Assembly: GCA_964631665.1 (NCBI GenBank)
Contig: CAZVXK010000002.1
Span: 1-52,781, forward strand
DNA: 52,781 bases
From: an uncultured Candidatus Cloacimonadota bacterium
GTDB lineage: Bacteria; Cloacimonadota; Cloacimonadia; Cloacimonadales; Cloacimonadaceae
Reading direction: 5' to 3'
Part shown: positions 9,463 to 19,651 of the stretch, piece after piece
Numbering within the stretch: the stretch's first letter is position 1
Layout of the letters: every line of letters starts with the position of its first letter
Notes under the pieces: model-generated
Database searches by the model: none
Seen by the model: the letters and a program-made list of their open reading frames with translations, nothing else
What the model was told of the DNA's origin: nothing
Made by a program: the position numbers and the translations under genes

Positions 9463-9596
9463 TAGGAAAGAAAGCAGGACCAAGTTTTGGAAGACTGATG
9501 GGAAAAGTGATGGAAAAGCGGTAGGAAAGAGACTTCAGGGAAAGGCTGATCAGGCCTCAGGATTCAAGGCCGGAGTTCCTTCCCTGCCGGGATGTT

Positions 9597-12500
9597 TCAG
9601 CTTTGGATGTACAAAGCGAGCAGTTCCAAAGCACGGGAAAACTGCTGGCGGTATTCCAGGTTCTTGTCGAAATCCACGGTTACCTTCAACCCCCTGGCGG
9701 CATCGAAACCCAGGGGCTCCTTCACCCTGGCGCTGAAGGAGAGCACTTTCTCACGGGAAGGCAGCCGGTCTGCCCTGAATTCCAGGCTGAAGGTATGATT
9801 GCGCACATAGCAGTTCTGGAGATCTGCTTGTTTGGCCAGGATGTTCAGTTTGAAATACATCAGCAGCCAGCTGGCTTTTTCGGGCAGGGTGCCAAAACGG
9901 TCAATGAGTTCACTCTCGAAGTCCTCGATCTGTTCAAATTCCTCAAATTCACTCAGCCGCCGGTAGATGGTGAGGCGTTGCTCGTCGTCGTCGATGTATT
10001 CCGGGGGAAAATAGAGATCGATCTCGGTGTTCAGACGGCGGCGGGCTTGGGGAGATTCATCCCTTTCGGGATCGAAGGGGTTGCCGCTCTGGACGGCATC
10101 GATCGCCCTGCCCAGCAGGCTGTTGTAGTAGTTGAAACCGATGGCCTGGATGATGCCGCTCTGTTTGGTGCCCAAAATGGTTCCCGCTCCGCGCAGTTCC
10201 AGATCGCGCAGTGCCACCTGGAATCCGGCCCCCAGAAAGTCATATTGGGTGAGGGCTTCCAGCCTTTTGCGGGCAACCGTGGTGGTGCCGCGGGGGATCA
10301 ACAGATAGGCATAGGCGCGCCGGTTGCTGCGTCCCACCCTGCCGCGCATCTGATAGAGCTGGGCCAGTCCGAAGGTATCCGAGCGGTCGATCAGAATGGT
10401 GTTGGCATTGGGAATATCGATACCATTCTCGATGATGGTGGTGGAGATCAGCACCTGGAATTCACGGTTGATAAAGGCGTCCATCACATCCTCCAGATGG
10501 CGTTCCGGCAGCTGGGCATGCCCCACCAGGAACTTCACATCCGGCATCAGTTTGCGCAATTCGTCGGCCACATGCTCGATGGTTTGCACCCGGTTGTGAA
10601 TGAAGAAGACCTGGCCGCCCCGGTCAATTTCACGGCGGATGGCGTCCTTGATCACCTCACTGTCCCGCGGGGTAATGATGGTGCGGATGGGCAGGCGTTC
10701 CTTGGGGGAGGTCTGCATCAGCGATATCTCCTTCAGCTTCGCCAAGGCCATGTTCAGCGTGCGCGGGATGGGAGTGGCGCTCATGTAGAGCGTGTCCACA
10801 TTGGATTGCAGCTTGCGCAGGCGTTCCTTGTGGCGCACACCGAAGCGGTGTTCCTCATCGATGATCAACAGCCCCAGGTTTTTGAACCGGATGTCCCGGG
10901 AGAGCAGGCGATGGGTTCCAATGGCGATATCCACGGTGCCGGCGGATATATCCAGAACGTCATATTTAAGCAAAGCGGCACTGCGGAAACGGCTGAGCAT
11001 GGCGATCCGCACCGGATACTGAGCCAGCCGTTCCCGGAACACGCGCCAATGCTGCTCCGCCAGCAAAGTGGTGGGCACCAGGACAGCCACCTGGTATCCG
11101 GAACAAACAGCCTTGAACGCGGCACGGATGGCAACCTCGGTTTTCCCGAAGCCCACATCGCCGCAGAGCAAACGTTCCATGGGAGCGGGGCTTTCCATAT
11201 CCGCCTTAACCTCATTGGAGGAACGCGCCTGGTCGGGAGTGTCCTCATAGATGAAGGAATCCTCCAGTTCCAGCTGCCAGGGGGAATCAGGAGCGTGGGC
11301 AATTCCGATGCGGGCGCTGCGCTCGGCATAGAGTTTCACGATATCGGCGGCGATCAGTTCGATCTGGACCGCAGCCTTGCGTTTGGTATGCTGCCAGCGG
11401 GCGGAACCTATGCGATGCAGGGTGGGATTGGCCCCTTCCTCCGCCACATATTTGCTGACCAGCTTGAGCTGATAGGTGGGCACATAGACCCTGTCCTCGG
11501 CAGCATAACGCAGAACCAGGCATTCGGTGTCCTGTCCGTCCAGGCGGATGACCTTTAGCCCTTCAAACACGCCGATGCCATGATCAACGTGCACCACATA
11601 GTCCCCCGGTTTGAGGTTCTCATAATCCACGATCTCCTCGCCGGGAGCGTAACGCGGGGCATAACGCTTGCGCTTGTAGCGGTTGAAGATCTCATGATCG
11701 GTCCATACCGCCAAACCGCAATCCGTGAGCCAGAATCCCTCATGCAACACGCCGATATGATGCTCCGCCCGGCAATCGAAATCCTGCAGCAGTTGTTCCA
11801 TACGCCTGCTCTGGCTCTGGTTGTCGAAGAGCAGCAGGGTGCGGATGTCCAGATCGTTATTGCGCTTCAGGGCAGAGGAGAGTTGCTCCAGATCGCCGCC
11901 GAAGACCGGTTGGGCTTCAACAGGCGCCTTCAGGTTCCGGCTGGGAAAAGGAAGCCCAAATTCGCTTTGGGAGAGCAGAAGAGCTTGGTGGGGTTTTAAT
12001 AGCGAATAAAGCTGCTCCTCGCCGGCAAAGAGTTGGTGGGGCGGACTCAGCATCGCCTGGGTATGGTGTTTCAGTTCCTTCTGGTATTGGATCAACACCT
12101 GCTCGCTCAGGTGCTCAAATTCCTCCTGTACATACACATAGTTGTTGAAGAGGAACAACCTCTCCCCGGCAGGGAAATAGTCCGCAAAAGTGGCCAGCTC
12201 ATCCAGGAGCAGGCTGTAGTGGTTTTCGATCCCTTCATAGAAACCCTTGGTCTTGATCCGGGCCGCCAGGGCTGAAGTGCTCTTGATGTCGTCCAGACAG
12301 AATTCACGGGCGGGAATGATGGTGAAGGAGGCCACCTCTCCCGGTTCCGAGCGTTGGGTGTTGGCAGAAAAATACCTCAGGGAAACGATCTCGTCCCCAA
12401 AGAATTCCAGGCGCACCGGTTGCAGTGCCGGAGGGCTGAAGATGTCCATGATCCCGCCTCGGCGCGCCACCTGGAAAACCTTGTTCACCTGATATTGGGG

Positions 12501-12995
12501 TTCGAAGCCCATATTGACCAGGTCTTGCATCAACTGGCCGGGGGAATAATCCATTCCGGGACGCAGTTCCCTGATGTGCCCCGCAATATTCTGCAAGGTG
12601 GGGAGATAACGCAGCAGGGCACGGATCGAACAACTATAAAGCGCCGGCCTGCCCCGGATGACATGGTCGATGCAGAGCATGCGGGTGGCGCGAATGGAAT
12701 AATGCGGCGAGCGTTCCTCATAGGGAAGGATCTCATAATCGGGCAGATAATGCGCCTGTTCCGATCCCACCAAAGTGCAGAGGTCATCCCAGATATCCTC
12801 GGCAATGATATCATCCTGGGCAACGATGATCACATTCCTGCCGGTGGCCTGCCACAGATGGACGGCCACAAGCGCCCGCGCACTCTGATTCAGATGGTGG
12901 AGCTGATACAAAGGACCGGTATCCGGCAGGGAGGTCAGCGAGGAAAAGAATCCGGAGCGCTGCAGACAGGGCTGGAGCTGATCGTATAACATCAT
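9597..12995 (-). CDS. mfd: Transcription-repair coupling factor
   Basis: GDYVVHVDHGIG (RID), CGDVGFGKT, DEEHRFG, QMRGRVGRS, DLELRGAG. Confidence 0.97.
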   Translation of the reverse strand: MMLYDQLQPCLQRSGFFSSLTSLPDTGPLYQLHHLNQSARALVAVHLWQATGRNVIIVAQDDIIAEDIWDDLCTLVGSEQAHYLPDYEILPYEERSPHYSIRATRMLCIDHVIRGRPALYSCSIRALLRYLPTLQNIAGHIRELRPGMDYSPGQLMQDLVNMGFEPQYQVNKVFQVARRGGIMDIFSPPALQPVRLEFFGDEIVSLRYFSANTQRSEPGEVASFTIIPAREFCLDDIKSTSALAARIKTKGFYEGIENHYSLLLDELATFADYFPAGERLFLFNNYVYVQEEFEHLSEQVLIQYQKELKHHTQAMLSPPHQLFAGEEQLYSLLKPHQALLLSQSEFGLPFPSRNLKAPVEAQPVFGGDLEQLSSALKRNNDLDIRTLLLFDNQSQSRRMEQLLQDFDCRAEHHIGVLHEGFWLTDCGLAVWTDHEIFNRYKRKRYAPRYAPGEEIVDYENLKPGDYVVHVDHGIGVFEGLKVIRLDGQDTECLVLRYAAEDRVYVPTYQLKLVSKYVAEEGANPTLHRIGSARWQHTKRKAAVQIELIAADIVKLYAERSARIGIAHAPDSPWQLELEDSFIYEDTPDQARSSNEVKADMESPAPMERLLCGDVGFGKTEVAIRAAFKAVCSGYQVAVLVPTTLLAEQHWRVFRERLAQYPVRIAMLSRFRSAALLKYDVLDISAGTVDIAIGTHRLLSRDIRFKNLGLLIIDEEHRFGVRHKERLRKLQSNVDTLYMSATPIPRTLNMALAKLKEISLMQTSPKERLPIRTIITPRDSEVIKDAIRREIDRGGQVFFIHNRVQTIEHVADELRKLMPDVKFLVGHAQLPERHLEDVMDAFINREFQVLISTTIIENGIDIPNANTILIDRSDTFGLAQLYQMRGRVGRSNRRAYAYLLIPRGTTTVARKRLEALTQYDFLGAGFQVALRDLELRGAGTILGTKQSGIIQAIGFNYYNSLLGRAIDAVQSGNPFDPERDESPQARRRLNTEIDLYFPPEYIDDDEQRLTIYRRLSEFEEFEQIEDFESELIDRFGTLPEKASWLLMYFKLNILAKQADLQNCYVRNHTFSLEFRADRLPSREKVLSFSARVKEPLGFDAARGLKVTVDFDKNLEYRQQFSRALELLALYIQS

Positions 12996-13000
12996 AATAA

Positions 13001-15199
13001 CTATAGAGGTTCCGTGCTCACATAACTGCCTATGATCTTGGTGAGTTTGCCGCTTTCGAAGGAAATGGTGAGCCGGGCATCGCTGCCGGTGCCATCAACA
13101 CTGAGGACTATGCCTTTGCCATGATCGGCATGATAGACGGGCTGGCCGATCCGGAAGAGTTTGTCCTTTTCTGTGATGAAGTGTTTTTTCTTGGGACGCC
13201 GGGGGCTGCTTTTTACAAAACCGGTGCCATCGGTGGAACCGGCAAACAGGGTGGGATCGAGTCCCTCCAGGAACAGGCTGGGCTGGGTGAAGCTGAAGCT
13301 GTCATAGGTGCGCCGGCTTCTGGCATGGCTCAAAAGCAGTAGTTTACGGGCACGGGTTACACCCACATAGAACAAGCGGCGCTCCTCTTCCACAGCTTCC
13401 GGTTGGGACATGCTCATGCGGTGGGGCAGCAGCTCGTTTTCCAGCCCCACGATGAACACACAGTCGAATTCCAGACCCTTGGCATTGTGCAGGGTCATCA
13501 GGCGCACGCTTTCCTGCTCGTTCTTCAGCAGATCCAGATCGGTCTGCAGAGCCACAAATGGCAGATAGTCGGAAACGGTGGGGGATTTATCATGCTCGGT
13601 CCGCCAGCGTTCACTGAATTCGCTGACCGAGCCGACAAATTCGATCAGGTTCTCCGCCCGTGAAACATCCTTGGGGTCTTTGCTGTTGCGGTATTGGCTG
13701 ATCAATTCCAGGGAATCCACGATGTCCTTGACCAGCTCCAGCACGGGTGCGGTTGGTGCCGAAGCGCGCCACAGGGCAAGTTTGGCGGCAAAGTCTCCGA
13801 TCCGGGTTTGGGCAGCCGGATTCAGTTCGGCGATGGCGGCTGAGTTTTGCACCGCCTGATAGAGCGTGATCCGGGTTTGGGCGGCAAAGCCCAGCAAGCG
13901 TGTAACCGATACCTGCCCGATCCCCCGCGGCGGTTCGTTGATGATGCGCAGCAGGCTTTCCGAATCGGAAGGATTGGAGATCACGGCCAGGTAGGCGATC
14001 AGGTCTCGGATCTCCTTGCGCTGGTAGAAATGCAGGCTGCCGATGATGCTGTGCGGTATCTTGTTCTGCAGCAGGGCATATTCGAACACCCGGGATTGGG
14101 CATTGGTGCGGTAGAGCACGGCGATCTGGTCATAGCTGATGCCGCCGGCCTTGAGCTCGATGATGCGCCGGACAACCTGGTCCGCTTCGTCCAGTTCATC
14201 CTGGTAACGGTTCAGTTCCGGTTTGGTGCCTTCACCCAAGTCTGACCAGAGGTCCTTGCTGTGCCGGCGGCGGTTGCTTCTGATGATGGCATTGGCAAGA
14301 TCGAGGATGCTCATGGTGCTGCGATAGTTCTGTTCCAGGCGGATGGAGCGCACATTGGAATAGTCCCGCTCAAATTCCAGGATATTGCGAATGGTGGCAC
14401 CCCGGAAGCTGTAGATCGCCTGATCGTCGTCCCCCACCACACACACCTGCTGGTGCACTCCGGCGATCTGATGAACGATCTCGAACTGAGCTTGATTGGT
14501 ATCCTGATATTCATCGATCATCACATAACGAAAGAGCTTTTGATACTTGCTGCGCACCGCTTCGTTGGTTTGCAACAGTTTGGCGGTGTAAAGCAGGATA
14601 TCGTCAAAATCCAACGCCTGATTGAGCAGCAGATTCTGCTGATAGAGGCTGTAGATCTGCAGCACTTTGGAATCGAACTCGTCCCCTGGATAAGCTTTTC
14701 CCGGCGTTTCATTATTGCGATGGATCAGATCCTCCGGCAGCAGCAGGCGGTTCTTGTATTTGCCGATCCTGCTCAGCACCCTGGGCAGGGGAAGCTTTTG
14801 AGGGTCATAGCCCTGCTGTTTGTAGATCCTTTTGAGCAGGGATTTCTGGGCATCCTCGTCATAGATGGAGAAGTTTGAGCCAAAGGGAAGCTGCGCTGCC
14901 TCGAAACGCAGGATTCGGGAGCACAGGGAGTGAAAGGTGCCCACCCAGAGTGAGCGGACAGGAAAGTTCAGCAGCTTTTCCAAGCGTTCCTGCATTTCCC
15001 GAGCCGCTTTGTTGGTAAAGGTAACCACCAGAATGTTCCAGGGCGGCACCTGTTTTTCCTTCAGCAACCAGGCACAACGGTAGATCAGGGAACGGGTCTT
15101 GCCACTGCCGGCCCCGGCCAGCACCAGCAGGGGTCCTTCGGAGTAGGTTGCCACCCGGAGCTGCTGTTCATTTAGCTCCTGCGAGAGATCAAGGGTCAT
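13001..15199 (-). CDS. uvrD: UvrD/PcrA SF1 DNA helicase
   Basis: LAGAGSGKT, DEYQDTN, GDDDQAIYSFRGA, LEQNYRS, EERRLFYVGVTRA; start moved to MTLDL. Confidence 0.94.
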   Translation of the reverse strand: MTLDLSQELNEQQLRVATYSEGPLLVLAGAGSGKTRSLIYRCAWLLKEKQVPPWNILVVTFTNKAAREMQERLEKLLNFPVRSLWVGTFHSLCSRILRFEAAQLPFGSNFSIYDEDAQKSLLKRIYKQQGYDPQKLPLPRVLSRIGKYKNRLLLPEDLIHRNNETPGKAYPGDEFDSKVLQIYSLYQQNLLLNQALDFDDILLYTAKLLQTNEAVRSKYQKLFRYVMIDEYQDTNQAQFEIVHQIAGVHQQVCVVGDDDQAIYSFRGATIRNILEFERDYSNVRSIRLEQNYRSTMSILDLANAIIRSNRRRHSKDLWSDLGEGTKPELNRYQDELDEADQVVRRIIELKAGGISYDQIAVLYRTNAQSRVFEYALLQNKIPHSIIGSLHFYQRKEIRDLIAYLAVISNPSDSESLLRIINEPPRGIGQVSVTRLLGFAAQTRITLYQAVQNSAAIAELNPAAQTRIGDFAAKLALWRASAPTAPVLELVKDIVDSLELISQYRNSKDPKDVSRAENLIEFVGSVSEFSERWRTEHDKSPTVSDYLPFVALQTDLDLLKNEQESVRLMTLHNAKGLEFDCVFIVGLENELLPHRMSMSQPEAVEEERRLFYVGVTRARKLLLLSHARSRRTYDSFSFTQPSLFLEGLDPTLFAGSTDGTGFVKSSPRRPKKKHFITEKDKLFRIGQPVYHADHGKGIVLSVDGTGSDARLTISFESGKLTKIIGSYVSTEPL

Positions 15200-15206
15200 G
15201 AAATCC

Positions 15207-15629
15207 CTATACGGGAACGCGGACAAAGGTGGGCAGGCTCAATCTACCCTCCAGCCGTCCCTCCGGATAGATCTTGAAAGCGGAAATCTTGTAGTAGTAA
15301 TCTCCCGGAGTTATATAGTGCCAAGGCTTGGAACCGTGGCTGCAGGAATTGGTGAACACCGTGTCCACTATGGCGTAGGTGGAATTGTAGGCCAATCCCC
15401 GGTAAACATAATATCCATCCGTACTGTAGATCGAATTGGCACTCCAGGTGATGCTCACAAACTTGTTGACCGCACCCGCCGGTGAAGGACTGCAGACCAC
15501 ATTGGAGACTGTCTCCGGGATCACGATCTGGGGATTCCCATTGGGATCGAGCGGATTGGAGCGTTTCAATCCACAGGATACAGTGAACAGCAGGGATAAG
15601 ATCAGCAGAAGGGTTAATATTCTTTGCAT
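15207..15629 (-). CDS. Small lipoprotein with FN3-like domain
   Basis: Lipobox TVSC, then RSNPLDP; W...YYVYRG...YYYKISA pattern; start moved to MQRIL. Confidence 0.8.
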   Translation of the reverse strand: MQRILTLLLILSLLFTVSCGLKRSNPLDPNGNPQIVIPETVSNVVCSPSPAGAVNKFVSITWSANSIYSTDGYYVYRGLAYNSTYAIVDTVFTNSCSHGSKPWHYITPGDYYYKISAFKIYPEGRLEGRLSLPTFVRVPV

Positions 15630-15636
15630 GGCATCC

Positions 15637-16221
15637 TCAAAATCTGATTTCCACACCGGTGGGGGTGATCTGGACTGGCCGGTTGGCATAGTTTTCCACC
15701 ACCCGCCGCCAGACAGCAGCGTTGTAATCGTCCGTGCCCTGGATCACATCGAAGAGGTTGTAGCCCCAGACCACCAAACCAACGCCGAGGAAGATCAGCG
15801 AATACTGGCGCGGCCCGGTGGCGGCATTGTAATAGGTCTCGATCTGTTCCACCTGCGTGGCGCTCTGATATTTGTCATAGTAATACAGACTGCGGTCATA
15901 GAAATAGAGCGACGCTCCCACCAGCAGCAGTTCGGTGGCCAGAAAGATCGAACCCTTGGTGTTCTGTTTATTGGAGAATTGCCCCCAACCCGGGGCCAGG
16001 GCGGATTTGATGATGTTCCCACGCATGGAATTGGCTTCCATCTCATAGATCTGGAGCAGCTTCTGCCGTTCCAGCAGCTCGGTGCGGTATTCCGCCCGTT
16101 GCCGCCAATCCATCCAGCCATATTTGGTGCTGTCCGAGAATTGGACGATGTCGAATCCCGCCTGGGCGGACAGGAATGTGATGCCAACCAGCAGAAGGAG
16201 AAGCAGATAGATTTTTCTCAT
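15637..16221 (-). CDS. Membrane protein with SxxxPGWGQ motif (DUF5683-like)
   Basis: Signal peptide; SALAPGWGQF; two hydrophobic segments; WGYNLFD; ATG after GAGGTG. Confidence 0.75.
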   Translation of the reverse strand: MRKIYLLLLLLVGITFLSAQAGFDIVQFSDSTKYGWMDWRQRAEYRTELLERQKLLQIYEMEANSMRGNIIKSALAPGWGQFSNKQNTKGSIFLATELLLVGASLYFYDRSLYYYDKYQSATQVEQIETYYNAATGPRQYSLIFLGVGLVVWGYNLFDVIQGTDDYNAAVWRRVVENYANRPVQITPTGVEIRF

Positions 16222-16223
16222 AC

Positions 16224-17639
16224 TCACCTCATCAACGCTTCGGAAATCTTGTTCAGGGGAGTGATGCTGCGGTCGCGCAGATTCACCTGCCAGACATAGA
16301 AATAGGTGTCCTGAGGCGTGATCAGGTCATAACGGGCTTCATATTTGAACTGACCGGTGGAGATCAGTATCTTCCATCCGGAATCCCTGATCTCGCTGCG
16401 TTGATAGCGTTTCAGAAGCTCTTCGCGCTGTTTTTGGATGCGGGTGTTCAGCAATCCGCCCCGGTATTCGTTCACAATGCGTTGGGCAAAGGACACGGGA
16501 TCGGATTGGGCCTCGAGCAGATTCTGCATCTGGGCGGCTTTGGTTCGATACTCGGGTCTGTTGTTCAGGTTTGAGGCCTGCCGGTAGAGCGAGAGCGCCT
16601 CCGAGTAACGGCTGGCGGATTCGGCTTTCTCCCCTTGTTGAAAGAGTTCTGCAGCCCGGGCGATATTGGCTTTGATCGTGTTCAGGCGCCCGATCGCCTC
16701 CAGGGCGGGAGGGTAATTGGCAATGATATCGAAGGTTTTTTCATAATGCATCTGTGCCGCATCGAAATTCCCTTCTGCCAGCAGGCTGTCTCCCCGTCGG
16801 ATATATAGTGATGCCACATCCTGCAGGCGCCTGTCCACCTCGGCTTTTTTGCGGGGATCATACTGCACTGCGATGCGGAAAAAACGATCTGCCTCCAGAT
16901 AATCCTGACCGGCCAGAAAGTCCTCCGCCTGCCCCAGATAGGCTTCGGCGATCAGAACGTTGATCTCATCGTTGTTCACCACCGGGTAGCGGGCAAGCTC
17001 GAACAGTATGCGGAGCCCCTCACTATAATAACCCGAGCTATACAACCTCTTGGCATAGGCCACTTTGTTCGGAACGAAACGCAACACCTGCTTGCGGCTG
17101 ACCACTTCATAGCTGTTATTCGGATAGTTGTCAAACAGATGCATGTAGTCCGCCCAGGCTTTGTCATGATCTACAAAGACATCCAGGGCGAAATTGATCC
17201 GGCGCGAGAGCATTTCCGGAACCAGTTCGGAATCCGGGAACTCCCGCAGTATGGCATTCACATAATCCAGCGCCAGTTGCGGGTTGTTCGCTTTCTGGGC
17301 TTCATCGGCCAGAAATCTGTAGATCTCGCCCAACACGACATCCGCTTCCTCGGAATTGGATAGTTTCAAAAAACGGATGCTCAGTTGCCAGGAATTGCGC
17401 TCTTTGGCCAGCAGGGCAAGCTCGTAATAGCAGCGGGACCGCACCATTTCGCTGCGGGTGACCAGGGCTCCATTGTTGCCCTTTTGGATGTACTCATCCA
17501 GCTCCTGGATGGCAGCGGCATAGCGCCGGTTGTTATAGTGATCCTCAGCGCTGCGCAGTTTATTCATCTCACAGGCACTGATGCCTCCCAGGAGCAGGAG
17601 GAGCAGCAGAGTCCTGAAAGCTTGGTTTCTGGTGATCAT
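16224..17639 (-). CDS. TPR-like repeat lipoprotein
   Basis: Lipobox ISAC; repeated helical A..Y..A patterns. Confidence 0.8.
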   Translation of the reverse strand: MITRNQAFRTLLLLLLLGGISACEMNKLRSAEDHYNNRRYAAAIQELDEYIQKGNNGALVTRSEMVRSRCYYELALLAKERNSWQLSIRFLKLSNSEEADVVLGEIYRFLADEAQKANNPQLALDYVNAILREFPDSELVPEMLSRRINFALDVFVDHDKAWADYMHLFDNYPNNSYEVVSRKQVLRFVPNKVAYAKRLYSSGYYSEGLRILFELARYPVVNNDEINVLIAEAYLGQAEDFLAGQDYLEADRFFRIAVQYDPRKKAEVDRRLQDVASLYIRRGDSLLAEGNFDAAQMHYEKTFDIIANYPPALEAIGRLNTIKANIARAAELFQQGEKAESASRYSEALSLYRQASNLNNRPEYRTKAAQMQNLLEAQSDPVSFAQRIVNEYRGGLLNTRIQKQREELLKRYQRSEIRDSGWKILISTGQFKYEARYDLITPQDTYFYVWQVNLRDRSITPLNKISEALMR

Positions 17640-18377
17640 CTACAGCGTATAGACAGTATCTTCACGGGCAAAATCAAAGATTTCGGAAGGCGTGGCCGCG
17701 AGTGCCTGTTTCAGCTCATCCGAAATGCCATGGGTGAGCAGGATGCGTTTGATCCCGGAATACTCCAGTTTGAGTACTTGCCGAGCCTCCGGATGCAGGG
17801 CATCGATGATCACCGTGTGGCAGTGCGGAAGGATCCCGGACAGGCAATCGGTGGTGGCAATATCGGAAGTGTAAAGCAGGGAACCCTCGGTATCGGTGAT
17901 CATAAAGCCATAGGAACTCATCTGATTGGGCAGGTTGCCCGCTTTGATGATCTCGGCATAGCCTAAAAGATGATCGGTTACCACCGGTGTGACCTCGGGA
18001 TAGTAGAGCTCGCATTCTTTGCAGTCGTGTATCTGCAAAGGAAAGCTGAACTTCTGAATGAAGGTATACTGCAGCTGGATCATTTCCAGCACCGCGGCAG
18101 GGCGTTCCGGCAGGAAAAGGTGCAAAGGTTTGCTGCGGTTTTGCAGATAAAGCATCTGCAGCACCATGAAGATGCCGGAAAGGTGATCGGGATGATAATG
18201 GCTGATATAGATGGCATCCAGCTTGTTCTGGTCCAGCTGGTGCCGGAGCAACTGCCGGTAGGTTCCTTCACCGCAATCGAACAGCAGGTGGTTTTCTCCC
18301 ACCTGCACATACAAGGCACTGAGATGTGTATCCAGATTCGGCAATCCGGGACTGATGCCCAGCATAATGAATCTCAT
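17640..18377 (-). CDS. MBL-fold metallohydrolase, RNase Z-like
   Basis: LFDCGEG, SHYHPDH (HxHxDH), YTSD, LLTH. Confidence 0.85.
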   Translation of the reverse strand: MRFIMLGISPGLPNLDTHLSALYVQVGENHLLFDCGEGTYRQLLRHQLDQNKLDAIYISHYHPDHLSGIFMVLQMLYLQNRSKPLHLFLPERPAAVLEMIQLQYTFIQKFSFPLQIHDCKECELYYPEVTPVVTDHLLGYAEIIKAGNLPNQMSSYGFMITDTEGSLLYTSDIATTDCLSGILPHCHTVIIDALHPEARQVLKLEYSGIKRILLTHGISDELKQALAATPSEIFDFAREDTVYTL

Positions 18378-19477
18378 TGCTTACCCCTTGCAGTTTTTTG
18401 TTGGTTGCTGGGAACCACGATCGGAATCTGGTCCAGCTTGCGCCCAAAGATCAGGAAAAAGGCGGCGAACATCACCGTGGTGATGATCAGCAGCACCCTC
18501 TCCCCAGTGATGAAGATGATGATTGTGGTGAGGGCGATCAGGACATTGATGGTATAGATGATGATCGCCGTAACCTTGATCGAACCCAGGGCGGTATTGA
18601 TGCGATGGGTGGAATGGTCTTTCCCCCCCTGCATCACATGCCTGCCATCCCGTTTACGGGTATAGCTCACCAGAGAGATATCGAAAATGGCATAGCTGAG
18701 CAGCAACACCGGCAGCAGGTAGAACATATTGTCCTCATGGGTCAGCACGGCATAGCGCGCCATCAGGATACCCATCGAGGAGAGGAAATATCCGATGAAC
18801 ATGGAACCCGCATCACCCAAAAAGATCTTGGCGGGATTGAAATTGTAGGGTAAAAAACCAAAAGTGGAACCGGCAAAGCTGAGTGAGATCAGCCCGATCA
18901 GCGCCATAGTCTGCATATTGGTGTTATTGGCATTGGTGAGGCTGAAGGCAAAGAACCCCAGGCCCAGGATCCCCGCCATCCCGCTGATGATGCCATCCAT
19001 GTTGTCCAGAAAGTTCAAGGCGTTCATCAGGCCCACCATCCACAGCAGCATCAGGGGCAGGGAGATATAAATCGTACCGAACATCTGCTGCAGCTCCTGA
19101 ACGCTGAAATTGCTGAATATGAACAGCATACTCACCAGCAATTGCCCCAGTAGCTTGATCAGGGGGCGCATGCCCCGGCGGTCGTCCACCAAACCGATCA
19201 GCACGATGATCACCGAGCCGGCCAGATAGCCCAGCATGGCTTTGTCGAAATAACGTCCGGGAGAGATGGCCACATCATAGATGCAGAGCAGGAAGAATCC
19301 CAGAAACACACTGAGCCCCCCCATTAGGGGCACGCAGGTCAGGTGCATCTTGCGGGCTTCCGGTTTGTCCACGAAATTGATCGCACGGGCAAAGCGGATG
19401 ATGAATGGTGTCAAACCATACACCAGCAACCAGGACATTATGAACACGCTCAGGTATTCATAGATCCGATCTTCCAT
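18374..19477 (-). CDS. MraY/WecA family polyprenyl-phosphate sugar-1-phosphate transferase
   Basis: RKMH..VPLMGG, GLVDD, NALNFLDNMDG, NFNPAKIFLGDAGS, HSTHR; multiple TM segments. Confidence 0.92.
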   Translation of the reverse strand: MEDRIYEYLSVFIMSWLLVYGLTPFIIRFARAINFVDKPEARKMHLTCVPLMGGLSVFLGFFLLCIYDVAISPGRYFDKAMLGYLAGSVIIVLIGLVDDRRGMRPLIKLLGQLLVSMLFIFSNFSVQELQQMFGTIYISLPLMLLWMVGLMNALNFLDNMDGIISGMAGILGLGFFAFSLTNANNTNMQTMALIGLISLSFAGSTFGFLPYNFNPAKIFLGDAGSMFIGYFLSSMGILMARYAVLTHEDNMFYLLPVLLLSYAIFDISLVSYTRKRDGRHVMQGGKDHSTHRINTALGSIKVTAIIIYTINVLIALTTIIIFITGERVLLIITTVMFAAFFLIFGRKLDQIPIVVPSNQQKTARGKQ

Positions 19478-19651
19478 TACGTTATCTCCAAACTTCGTTT
19501 CAGATCACATTCCCCACAGGGCTAGTTTTTGTCAATGCAAAAAGGAACACAGCTTCCCAGGAGAGGATAGGCTTGATCTTATTCCTTGACGGATTCTTCT
19601 CATGCTTTTGATGGTTTCCCCAAAGATATCATAATCCAAAAAGAAGTAAAA

